A stretch of DNA of 64,000 nucleotides from Massalongia carnosa (taxonomy: Eukaryota), in contig OZ287070.1 of assembly GCA_965645245.1 (NCBI GenBank), positions 1,674,001-1,738,000 of the forward strand, written 5' to 3'. The position numbers and the translations under genes are program-made. A model generated the notes under the pieces. The model was not told the origin of the DNA. It ran no database searches and saw only the letters and a list, made by a program, of their open reading frames with translations. Of the stretch, positions 27,305 to 39,398 are shown in pieces. The stretch's first letter is position 1; each line of letters opens with the position of its first letter.

Positions 27305-29499
27305 ATGGCCATGTTTGCTCTCATAACAGTTGTTACAGCTACTCTACTGAGCTATGCAGTTGGTGCGTCTGCTCAGCAAATTGATCCAATCAAGAATATG
27401 TGTACTCGATTCGATCATCAATGTAGGACCTTGGTTCAGATCGCTAACCTATTTTCTACCTTTGGATCTGACCTTGAATAGCAATCGTCAAGAAAAACAC
27501 ACTTTATATCGATGGAGGCAAACAAACATTTATTGATCTGAACACCAAGGGCAAGCAAGTAGGGAACATTACTGTGGGATACAGTAAGAGCTTTCTGTCG
27601 CTTAGCAGCGATTGAGAAACTGATTGAGTTCGGTAGATGAGTATTTACTGGCAATTGATCTAAGCCAATCTTGGGATTGGAAGACGAATATTTCCGAAAA
27701 AGTAGTTGTGAAGGGCAAGAACCCCAAGACAGGTACCGCTCCACCGCTTGTCTCCCGCGGTGCTCTCTATCAAGGTGCTGATGATGACGACAATTTTTAC
27801 CTGTGGGGAGGAACGACTTCGTTCACCAACACCAGCTTTCCAGGTTGGGTTCCACCGAGCCCAGCTACATATTCGCTGTGGTCATACAACATCAACTCAA
27901 CCCAATGGGATCAGTTTGATGTTCGTGACAAGGTTCCTTATCGGCCCAGCAGCGCATCATCGGCCGAGGCGCCGGATCAAGGGCTAGCTTTTTACTTCAA
28001 TGGAGAAATCGATTCAGGAAGCTCACAGCAGACCCAGGACCTCGGGAATGACGATAAGCTCTTCCTTGAAGGTATGGTCGTTATTGACACAAGGAATCAC
28101 ACAGCAAGGAACCTTTCCACCAGCGCTGTGAGCGGGAATCTCCCAAGATCCCGTGGGCGTATGCAATATGTTCCTGGAATCGGGGAAAAGGGCATTTTAG
28201 TTCAGATTGGGGGAAATCAGAAGCCAGTGGACGAGATTCAAAACACATATGTCGGAGATCTAGTACGTATGACGAATCAATGTTCGATAGCGTGGAGTTG
28301 TCGCTGATCAATCACCACAGGTTCCCATGAACCAGATCGACATCTTCGACATAGCATCCATGTACAACTCTAAAACGCCAAATGGAACCTGGTACAAGCA
28401 AACGGCCAGCGCTGACGTCCCAGCTGGTCGTCTCGACTCCTGCCTCGTTCTAGCCTCCGCGCCGGATAATTCCAGCCACAACATGTAAGTCTATTGAGTG
28501 AAGCTGACACCGCGAAAATCCTTGCTAACAGATGAGCTCTAGCTATATGTATGGGGGTCGTGGCGACAATGGCAAATACTTCGACGACATGTACGTCCTA
28601 TCGCTGCCTTCCTTCACCTGGACCAAGCTTTATTCAGGCTTTAGCCCGCGTTTCGCTCATACCTGTCACCGCGTCGGATCCAGGACCTTGCTCACCGTGG
28701 GCGGAATAGTTGACTTGAACTTCACCGAGGGGTGCGATTGGGAGTACAGGGGCGTCGGTGTGTTGGATCTGTCAACCGTGACCTGGGGCAGCGTTTATAA
28801 CGCCACGTCGGAGCCGTACGAAGTTCCAACAATGGTGGTCAAGACCATTGGCGGCACGTGAGTTTAAAGTTCCTCCATCTTCTAAACCCAAACCTGATCC
28901 TTTCCTCCGGAACCAGAACAAAAGGCAACGCTACCAAAAGAAAGCCCACCACAGGCTTCTCATCCCCCGCCCTCGCCGCCCTCTTCACCCTCTTTTACCC
29001 CCTTCCTCCCCCTCCCCCTCGCCGCCCCTCCATCGCCACCATCGCAGGTGCGGCGGGCGCTGGCTCAGCCGTTGTTCTTGGCTTGCTCGGCACCTCGCTC
29101 TACCTTATGCGGCGGCGCATCGTGCGCTTCTTCGCCGGCGACGACGCGAACCACCCCCTCGAAATTGGCGAAGGCGAGCTGGTGATAGGAGAAATTATGG
29201 GCCATGAGGTTTTTTGTGAGCTTGAAGCCGGGGAGTCGAGGAGGGGATCAGGGGGAAGGGTAATGGCACCGGGTGGAGGTGGAGGGAGAGAGCCGTGGAG
29301 AGCGGCGGAGTTGGAAGGGACGAAGGATTGCAAGGGGGATAGGGGTGGAGGGGTGGAGAACAGGGTGGAATGCGTGGCGGAGCTCGGGGGCGGCGGGGAA
29401 GAGAGAGCTGAGAAGTGGGTGGCGGAGTTGCAGGGCATGTCGAGGGGAGAGGTGGTTGTGCCGCCGGTTGGAAAGGGAGGAGGGGGGGATCGTGCTTAG
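27305..29499 (+). CDS. Kelch/galactose-oxidase-like beta-propeller single-pass membrane protein
   Basis: Signal-like N-terminus, Kelch-type motifs (LYIDGG, YLWGG, YMYGG, YVLSLPSFTW, RFAHTCH), a TM segment (IATIAGAAGAGSAVVLGLLG..RRR) and a tail with repeated ELxG motifs. About 5 introns. Confidence 0.8.
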
Positions 29500-31665
29500 G
29501 GAGGGGCAATGGTTTTAAGCTTGGGAGGGGTGTGTGGTCAAATCTAATTCTTGGGCGAAAGATAATAATAGCCTTGATGGTATTTTTTGTCGAATTAATA
29601 ATCCTATTCCTTTCAATTCTATGCCTTCTCTATTATTATTATTATTATTATTTCCCCCTTTTTTCCTTTTCCTCGTCTCCTCTTCTTTCGCACTTTTAAT
29701 CTCCCTTTCATCACATAGGTATCATTTCCTTTTTTTTTTCTTTCTTCTTCTCCGTCATTCTAGCAATCAACAAGTCAACCAGTCAACACCGCACGAACGC
29801 ACTCATCATGCACAAGAAACCCACTCATCCATCCCATTCCTTCATCCACCACCCTATCCTACTACAACAACACCCAGTATGCATGCATGTACATACATAC
29901 CTCCTATTTCACTTTCGTGGAAACAACTTTGACCTTGCGGAAGAGGAGAAGAGATGTATGTAGCGTCAGAGTAAAATATAGAGTAACCCCACCCCCCACA
30001 AAAAAAGAAAGAAAAGAATTATAGTAAACTAATCTAGAAAATGGGAAACGGGAGGGAGATTTTTATTTATTTTGGTTTGATTTGATTTGAATTGAATTGA
30101 TTTTGGGGGCGGGGAGAAAATGTTCGTGCCTTTTTTCCTGTCTTTCTCATCATGATTATCATCTCAATATTTCTTCTAATAATCCGTCGTTTTCCCCGCC
30201 GGTCGAGAAAACGAACGGTTGGCAGATTGGGGAAGAAGAACGAACCGAGTTCTGCGGAGAAGGCGGTAAACTAGTAGTAAGTAGGTAGGTAGTCACTGAA
30301 TGGACGGGAATAGGGAGAGTTGGTTGCATTGCGTTGCTGGTTTTTTTTTGGGGGGGGGTTTTTTTGAGAATAGGTTGGAAAAGAAAAGACTTGCATGCAT
30401 GAAAAAGAGAGGGTTGGATATGTATAGTTATAACGGGAGGGAGGGAGGGAGGAAGGGGTGGTAGGCCTTTGGTTTTTGAGGTTGAGTTTTTGTTTGTTTG
30501 TTTTCTGGCTGTAATTTGAATTGAATAACTAAATCCGATTAAATCTTTTCCCCTCTTTTCGTCCGTTTCTGTCCCGAAACTCTAAAGAAAAAAAAACCGA
30601 CCGCAGATCCCAGCCCTAACAGGGACAGGAGTCGGAAAGGGGAAAGAGCTGTGGGATATATGCCCGAACACCCCCTTTTCGTTCTTCTCACTTAGATACC
30701 TATTATAACAGGTCCAACAATAAAAAGTAAAAAAAAAACGCAATGAGTACGACGGAATCGAAAAGCCCGAGCAAAAATACCTATGTATTTGTTCTGTCAG
30801 TTTCTCGCTCGGGATGATCAATCTAGCGAACTCTCTATCTGTTTTTCTCCAGCCCTTTTCTTCGTGAATAGTTATATTTGATCAACTGACGAAATAGTAT
30901 CAAGAGATGGACTTTTTCGAGAAGGAAAAATAAAGGAACAAAATTTTTTGACCTTTTGCCCCGTTTTTCCTTTTTTCAGGTAGAGTATGTCTCTTACGTT
31001 CGTTAGATTTGCTCGGTATCTTTTTTTCTTTTTATTTATGTTCTTTTTCCTTGGGAAGGGAAGGGGGTAAGGATTATAGAATAGTCTCCAGTTCCTTCTG
31101 GACTTTGGAATATGAGAAGAGATAGAATGATTAGGGCTTGGTTTTGGAGTAAAAGGGTTGTTTGTTTCGGTTTCTCTAGTTTTTCTATTGGCGGAGAGTG
31201 TCGTGTGCTTGGAGAGATCATGCTTCTTGTTGGTTCAAAAGCAAAAACCTTTGTTGTCATGTTCTCACTATTTAGGTAACTGTTCCAACAAAAATGCATA
31301 GATGATTCTTACGCCTGAGGTTTTTTCATCTGTCAAGAATCCGAAGCGATAATTCAGCGCTACGAGGATCGAGAAAAGACATGCCAAGATTCGTCATGAT
31401 TGAATAAAAGGGTTTTTCACAATGAAACCGTTGGGCAGAATCCGATAAGAGGGTGGATGGCTTTAGGTGCTTGGCTGGAGACGTGGAGTGCAATTATCAT
31501 GAGAAGTGGCCAGGGGAGTGTATTTGACCGCTGAGGTACTAAATAATAGATTAGCCATTGGATGACTGAGACACCCTACTTATTTTCACCGGATCAAATC
31601 GGCGAACTAGGCCAAAGCGTACTAGGTCCAAGGTATCAGGTTCAGATCGAAAGAAAAAACACGAA

Positions 31666-32545
31666 TTACTTGTTGATAAATCCATCTTCCATTTCCATAT
31701 CGCCATCTCTCCTGGTGGCTCTTGCAGAAAGTTTTCCGGTCATTCTCCACACTTGTTCCGTAACTCGTTTTCGCAGCCAGATAAGGCACCATACCACACC
31801 ATAGATAATGCAGATGGCCACCAGGATACCAAAGACGTAGCCAACCACGCGGCCTTTGCCTGAGCCGGGGTCGAGAAAGTCATAGGTGTAGAAGCCTTGA
31901 GTGGCATGAGTTATGTAGGCGAGGGCAAGGTAAAGGGCTAGGAGGAGGATGAGGAATGCAAGATGCAAGGGGGGCGGGGTCGTGGTTCGAGGAAGAAGGA
32001 TTTCCAAGAGGGCGAAAAGGGAGTTGAGCGCGTGCTGCGAGGTCTGTTCCGAGGTTAGGTCGGCGAAGGAATTCAACTGGGAAGGGTTGGTGGAGGAGGC
32101 TTACGTTCGACCACGCATTGAACACCACGGGGAACCAAGGGTTCGAGTACAGAATAACCCAATACACGATAGTCACCAGGATGGGGAACGTCACCACGGT
32201 GGTATAGAAAATGGCGTGTGCGGCCTGCAATGGAGGTAGCCAGCTCTGTAGCCACGATTTGCCGGTGCGAGCGTACGAGAGAGTATGCGCGCCACTAACG
32301 AGAAAATAAAAGGCCAAGCCCCAATAGGTCAAATTGGTGAAGTAGGAAAAGGATTGACGGGAGAGCTTTGCGTCATGATGGGTACCGTGCCAACCAAAGA
32401 TGACGAATATGGTGATGAAGGCGTAGAGAGACAGGAAGAGGCGGAGCAGGGCGAGGATGGTAGGTGGGAGGAGCCATGAAGTTGTGAAACGATGTGAAGG
32501 ATCAAAGGGGCGCGAAACGCCGAGGGCGGTGTAGAACGAAGGCAT
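31666..32545 (-). CDS. Multi-pass membrane protein (FAR-17a/AIG1-like)
   Basis: FSYFTNLTYWGL, WSN|..QHALNSLFALLE and FYTYDFLDP motifs with 5-6 hydrophobic helices. One intron around 32105-32045. Confidence 0.75.
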
Positions 32546-32756
32546 TCCTGTGGTGAGAGAGGCGTAGATAGGTGTATAATATCTATAATATATGTTGATG
32601 GTCTCCGAATCTTCGAGGAGAGAATTGGCTTGTATAGCCGCGAGTTCTGCGCAGACGTTGTGGTTGGCAGTACTCTGTATTTATTCGCAACTTGCAGCAT
32701 TCGGGGAAGTGCAGCTAGCTCGCCAGTGTCGTCTCCAGACTTTGGAGGATTGCAAG

Positions 32757-32781
32757 TAGGGTTAGGGTAGGGTTAGGGTAG
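32757..32781 (+). repeat. Short telomere-like (T)TAGGG array
   Basis: TAGGG TTAGGG TAGGG TTAGGG TAG. Confidence 0.7.
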
Positions 32782-32891
32782 AACTGGAACTTCCACACAG
32801 CTTCGGTAGTTTTTTTGCCGGGAGAACACGGTCTCTTCACGGTACGGCGCAGTTCGGGTCGAAGCATTGGCCACGTGAGGAGAAATGCTGT

Positions 32892-32933
32892 GAAATGTGA
32901 AATGCGAAATGCGAAATGCGAAATGCGAAATGC
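32892..32933 (+). repeat. Heptamer tandem repeat (GAAATGY)x6
   Basis: Read directly, with one extra copy at 32882. Confidence 0.85.
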
Positions 32934-33178
32934 AACCTGATCCTTGAGAGACTGGTGGCAAGCAGGTCTCAATGATAGATCGAACGATACACGATGCTCA
33001 TGACCTGAGTTTTCAAATTACATGATCGATGTGGTGGATGATAGGAGGGTCACGGGAAATCAGCGCAATCGATGGAGATGGACGAAGATGGAGAGAAGAT
33101 GAATAAGGTTCGTTTGGAGGGTCGAGCTTTCATGAAGGCTTCTGCGACTAAGCTGCAAGAAGAAAGGCGTGATGAGTA

Positions 33179-34882
33179 CGAAGGATGACGCTGAAAGTCC
33201 TTGCTAACGCTAAATATGCAGCTAAAAAAGCCACTTTACATGGGTATATTTGCATGGATAGATATTTATTACATATCAATCAATCGAATAATCGCATGAA
33301 ACTATTTAGAGTTACCACCTCCATCATCTTTATCACTCACATTCATCGCTGTCAGTGCTTTTTCGTTTGAGATGAGCGCGATGATATCGAAAACGGCGAT
33401 CTTCTTTATTATACGGTCGTACGACTCCGATCTCTCTACCTTCTCTATACTCGTTACCTCCGTCCAACAATATCACCTCGTCAACATGTCACTTTATACG
33501 TTCAATCCAGGACTGAATTCTTTTCTGCCTCAACTCCTCCGTCCAGCACTTTGTCCAGGCCTTTTCAGCCTCAATACGAGTCCGCGGAGCACCTAATCGA
33601 GTGGTTCTTCGCTTCATCCAGAACCAACAAGGCTCGATCATGTTCAGATCAGGAGAATTTCCAGGCCATAACAGACGCATGACGTTGAAATCCATAAAGA
33701 TCAGATTTTGATGTTTGGATGCGTGACTGGGGGCCTTGTCTTCCTGTACGATAGTGTTTGGTCGATCTATCATACATTCTTTTGCAAACGGAAGAAGCTT
33801 AGGAATTAAGACGAGTTTTGATAACGATACCAGTCCACACCTCCCTTGCCATCTCGAACGACTTTACCGTGTGTTTTATCCCATTTCCAGATAGGTTTTC
33901 GATCTCCTGGATTACGTAGCTTCATTCGTCTCATGCTGGTTTCTAACTCCCAATTCTCTTTAGCTTCTGATTCTAAAGTCTCATTGAGTTTATCTAACTC
34001 AATTTGAGCCTCTCTTTTCTCTTTTGCAGTCTCTGTTTTCCAGATATGAAAAGGTCCTTTCTTTTCGTACGAAAAACAGCCCCAAAACAAAAACTCGGAG
34101 CATCCTTTCCATCTACGTCGAATACACGTTTTAGCATACATTTCTTTCGAGGTACGCCACTAAGTCTTCTTCCACGTCTAGAACCCAATATAATGCTTGT
34201 TTCGTCAGTCCATATAACGTTCTTCCAATCATCAATAGTCCAGTGCTGATATCGCAAACAAAATTACAGACGAGCCTCTTTCATGATCGAATCTAGACCT
34301 GGCTTTTTCGTGCTTTTACAGGGGCGAAACCCATTCTGTTTAAGCGTACGAAGTATAGTAGTGGAGGAGAGTTTATGATCAAAGCCAATCATAGCTGATG
34401 ATTTTTCTCTGCTATTTCGATCTTGCACTACATTATTCAATATAGCTTGCTCTACCTCCGGTGTAACCTTTTTGGGTCGTCCTGAACGAGGTGCATCTTC
34501 TATGTATTCTACTTTTAAAACACGAGATACAGCAGGATCATATCCACGCTGTCGTGCTTTGATTTTGAGAGCTGAAATCGATCTTGTGGAGACTCCAGTC
34601 ACTTCTTGCACGATTTTCGCCACAATTCCGTGTTCTACAAGCGCTAAAGCCTGTATTCTTTGTGCAATCGTGAGACTATTGCTCTGTGCATTGGGCATGA
34701 TAATGATGATGAATAAAACCTTCTACTGAATATCAGATGTAGTAGTACTGTCTTTTTGACGAAGAGAACAGAAGCAATTCGAGATTTTCTAGACTATTTT
34801 AGTACTGTATTCCCCTTGTAAGCTAATAAACACTAATGCACGTCTCATGTACGCTAGCAAGGACTTTCAGCGTCATCCTTCG
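33179..34882 (-). mobile_element. Tc1/mariner-superfamily DNA transposon (DD34E), full-length but inactivated
   Basis: 28-bp perfect TIRs CGAAGGATGACGCTGAAAGTCCTTGCTA (33179-33206 and 34855-34882), with TA on both flanks (33177-78 and 34883-84). Confidence 0.95.
33334..34698 (-). pseudogene. Tc1-like transposase pseudogene
   Basis: HTH with PRSGRP, WTDET, and QEDKAPSH...SPDLNMIE (34 aa between D and E). Broken by TAA at 34264, TGA at 33489 and frameshifts near 34150 and 33815. Confidence 0.9.
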
Positions 34883-35932
34883 TAGTCTCCGTGCATCCCT
34901 ACAAGTTTCAATACCATCTACGGAGTACTTACTTACATAATCCTTGCAAAATAATTGCCTGCCCTCCCTCGCCTTCTTCCATCATCGATTGCATGAGAAA
35001 CCGTGACCCAAAGAGGACTAATTTCTCACTAAGCCTTAAAGAGAGACTTCAAACGAAAGAGATTTCCGTTCTTTCATTCCACTCGATTCGTTCATACCCT
35101 AATTCCCACCATTCCACCAATCATCCATCACGACACTTTGTGTATCAAATTGTCCCTGAAGCCCTGAATGAGTCCTGTGCCAATAATAAACTCGGTTCGG
35201 CCGCCTCCCACCACTCAACCCAACCCGACAATCTGCCACTATCCCCGTATTCTGTGCTCTGTATTTCCCCCCTGTACTCCGTACAATCCCCCGTACAGAT
35301 TACTCCGTATTGTCAGCCAACTCCGTACCGTGTGTGAACGAACCAAACATACAGAGTACTCTGTGCTCGCTATCGCCTCTAACAATCTCCCCCGCGGGCT
35401 GTCTCAACTCACCCCGTACGTATCGCCTACTCCTTCACTTGAGGGCGGAGAGGGAGGAAACCGAACATCCTTCACCTATACAATACGAACCCAGTTGCTG
35501 CACTACCATCGTCATCGACTTCACCTCGTGCTAACATACAGTCTTAATGCGAACCAACGACGCCCGCGTGATTGCTTCCCTCTGACCGTGCTAGAGGGCT
35601 GCGCATCATCGTATCTACTTGGTGCCTCCTTCATTTCATAATTCTCAGCGTCTCCGTGATTGATTCTCCATTCCACAATCTTGTTCTCGATTGCTGCGCT
35701 TGTACAAATACGAGACGAATCAAATTGCCCCCCATAGAGGGAAAAAAAAAAGAAATAAAGCAGCGCCAGAGACTACCGGTCATTGCGCTTAAACAGGAAA
35801 CCACTCGAATTGCGCCTCCGTCCGTGAACGTTTACCCCCCGTCCAGCGAAATTCATGCCGTGGCATGTGAACTCTTTGACATCGCTTCATCACCAAGTCA
35901 GTCGTACTGCCTCTTAAACCATCTGTATCGCC

Positions 35933-38225
35933 ATGTCGGCCCATCCAAACTTCATCGACTTGCGATCGAAATCCCACGACACAATGCAATCAGACACTCC
36001 TTCCCTACGCGGGCTACCTTCGCCGCGAGTCAACCACGTAACTGGTGATATCGCTAAGACATTGTCCCCACTTGATGCGTTCAGAGCGCACACCGAGCTG
36101 CTGGCAAGGCAACTAAATGATAGCAAGAACGGTGGCCGTCGAATCAGCCGCTTACCGCCCGTCGCAGTTGCCAATTCACTTGCGATGATCGGACCGCGGT
36201 ATGCCCCATCGAGCTCGCCCGATGTGGGAAGAGCGGATTCGGGGAGAAATACACCACCGAGGGATGAAGGTGAGCAAGGGAATACGCCGGAGTTGGAAAA
36301 TCTAGAATTCCGTCCGCAATCGCATTACGTGCGAATGAGCGGGATGACGTGGGGTTTAGAAGTCCCTCGCTCTCGCCCCTCGCCCAACGACCAAGTGTTT
36401 GTAACGCCTGCAGAGAGTAGACCCCCTCATACAGGTGACTACTTCTCCTCTGCACGAACGGCATCCCCAGAACCTTTGGTGAATGGACGTAGAGGTTTGG
36501 AGGATGGAAAGCGTCCGACACCCCCCCTGAACCTCCAACGCAGCTTCGACTCCGGAAACCGCGGAGAAGATACCCCTCATGGCCAGCCCGCAACGTCTGG
36601 CTCTCAGAAAAGTTACGACTCCAGCACGCTAGCGCCGCCCATGTCACCCATGTTCCGCCACGGTGGAAGTATTAGATCGATTACTGTCGACAGCTCGGAT
36701 GACGATCTAAGCGGGTCCACGGGGGGATCATCATTCTCTCAGCAACGAAAACTATCGTCGTGCAGCGGCGTATCGATGCCGCATTCGCCGCTTCCTCAGC
36801 CATACGCGCGTTCACCTTCTATCAACTCGGAATACTCGGCTGGTGGCACTCTGGTTCGACCTGCCTACAACAATTTCTCGAGACCGCTGAGCAGGTCGAG
36901 TCGGCCATCGATCGAGCCCGCATCTCGTCAGCCGTCGTTTGATAGCCGACCTTCTCTAGATTCGATTTCGCGGCAACCGTCCTCCGATAGCCAACGCCGT
37001 GTCTTGGCCGACGGTCCTGCACATACCCAAGTCAACCTTGAGCCAGAGCAATTCCATGAATCAAAAGAATATCAGCCCGCTGCGGCTCCTTCCTACGTAT
37101 ACGCTAAATATTCGCTACCTCGGGGGAGATTGCTGCTCCGGGATTCCGTTGGTCCCGATAAAGAGATAATTCATAAATTCAACTGGGACCAGGCTTCCTT
37201 ATCGCCAAACGCCAACGCCGGGACATCATCAACAGAAGTCGAAACGTCGCCAAAATCATCTCCCCCTTCCACATCCCACTCCAGCGTCGAAACCGCGCCA
37301 TCCTCCGATAGCCCATCGACCGAACAGAACCAATTGACGCAGCCCAGACCGCCTCCAACCCCGATCTCAGACCATAAACCAACACAGTCATCGTCGTCGA
37401 TGCGTTCAGCGAGCACCATCAAGGCACGCTCCCAGCGCACCATTGTTCCCTCGAAAGAGGTAACCGCAGAAGAACACCTAGCCAAGGGTGTAGCATTGCA
37501 CGAAGGGGGATCGTTGAAAGAATCGACATATCATCTCCGCATCGCTGCCAGATCAGGACTTCCAACGGCCATGCTGCTGTACGCGTTGGCGTGTCGACAC
37601 GGCTGGGGCATGCGTCCAAATCAGCAAGAAGGCGTGCAATGGCTACGAAAAGCCGCCGACTCGGCCAGTCTGGAGATAGCGGACGACGAAGATCCTGCGA
37701 ATGAAAAAGACGGCGTCGCTACCGACCCTCTGGAGCGCAAGACTCGTCGAGCGCAGTTCGCGCTGAGTATCTACGAGCTCGGCGTTAGCCACATGAAAGG
37801 TTGGGGGATCGAGCAGGACAAGGCGTTGGCGCTGCGGTGCTTTGAGATTGCCGGCAATTGGGGCGACGCCGACGCAATGGCGGAAGCGGGCTATTGTTAC
37901 GCGGAGGGAACCGGCTGCAAGAAGAATCTGAAGAAGGCAGCCAAGTACTATCGGATGGCGGAAGCAAAGGGCATTAGCATGGTTGGCAACAGCTGGTGTG
38001 TTTTTTCCTCCGTGCTCTCCTAAGGGCATGGATTGTCTCCTCGGGTCTGACGTTAACATCCCATGCTCTAGGATCTACAAGCCTAAATATGCTGACGAAG
38101 TCAACGATCGCCCAACACGAAGCCTCACCGCCAAATCGACCGCCTCGGATAAGACCTCGCGGGATAAGTCCCGCACGCGCACTCTCTTCGGACGGAAAAA
38201 GTCTGTTGGCGCGAAGGTCTCGTGA
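35933..38225 (+). CDS. Sel1-repeat protein (Dsf2/Nif1-like)
   Basis: Long S/P-rich N-terminus (LSPLDAF), then Sel1 repeats ESTYHLRIAA..MLLYALACRHGWG and YELGVSHMKGWG..GNSW|IYK. One intron at ~37996-38071. Confidence 0.85.
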
Positions 38226-38501
38226 TGGCTGGTGCTAAAAATAGTTCTTTATTTCTTTTGGTGCTGTGTATTTTTCCTTTGACAGCTGCTCTTTATACCC
38301 TTTGCTTTCCTCTCCTCTTCTCTCTACGTTAGCGGCATAAGGCATATGGGATTTTGCATGGTCCCTCGAGCGTGGCGGTTCCCACACACCTTTTTGATTC
38401 CCCATTCCGCCCAATAGCGAGTTGCGGCTGGCTTCTTGGCGCACGGCTTCCACCTTGCCGGTGCTTTGTTTTCCTACCAGGTGTAGCCGTCTTTTCGAAT
38501 C

Positions 38502-38552
38502 GGGCTGGGCTGGGCTGGGCTGGGCTGGGTTTGGGCGGGGTTTGGGCGGGGG
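38502..38552 (+). repeat. (GGGCT)n/GGG-tract array with G-quadruplex potential
   Basis: Ten G3+ tracts separated by 1-3 nt loops. Confidence 0.8.
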
Positions 38553-39398
38553 CTTTTCAATTCCGGAGCTTTTCATGATGGCTGCTACCCAAGAGGGGAG
38601 GGCGACATATACGTATGTAAAGCGAAGAGTTCCTTTATTGTAGAGGGGGGAACGAGTTTGCGGGCGAGAGTGCTTTGATCGACACATCAGGTAGAGATGG
38701 ATTACATGCCTTTGAGATATCCTAGCAAACAGTAGATTAGATATACCTATTGAGGATTCATCGCCCTGACTTGGTTAAAGTTATGTACTTACATAACCCT
38801 CCCCACGCCGCGGGGGAGGGGGCAAGGGCCAACGTACCCACGTGCCTGGAAAATCTCCCCTAACTACCTATTTAGTTTTAAAAAAATATCTTGGCACACC
38901 TTCCTCCATTCGGCACTTTGTCACTTACGTAATCCCCGCCCCACCCTTTTTTTCTCCGCCCCTTGTCCGCGTTTATCCCCCTCCAATCGTCCCGCACGCT
39001 ATTACCCCATCCCATCCTCTTTTTGGGGGACCTGCCGGTGCTGGCTGGCACTTTTTTGCGTACGTGCGTTGGTTAGGTTAGGTAAGGTTTTTGGTTGGTT
39101 GATTAATTGGGTTGGTTCGTTAGCATGGCAAAGAGAGAGGAAGAGAGAGAGAGTCTCATGACGACGGGGGGGTACCGAGTCATCGAGTGTTGGACGCGTG
39201 ATGTAGGTAATACGAGTTCGGTGGATGGATGGAAGGATGGATGACGCTGCTTTGCTTTGCGTGACTAATTAAACTTCTTACCTACATGCCTACCCTACGG
39301 AGTATAGCTATATAGATAGGTAGAGGTAATCCGGCTGGCTCCCGCGAAAGACGACTTTTCGCCGTATCCTCCCAAACCCCTTCCACCCCCTACCCAGC

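Noticed and set aside
30596..30617. Possible hAT-like terminus (...CCCAGCCCTA)
   Set aside because: No matching opposite end or TSD was found.
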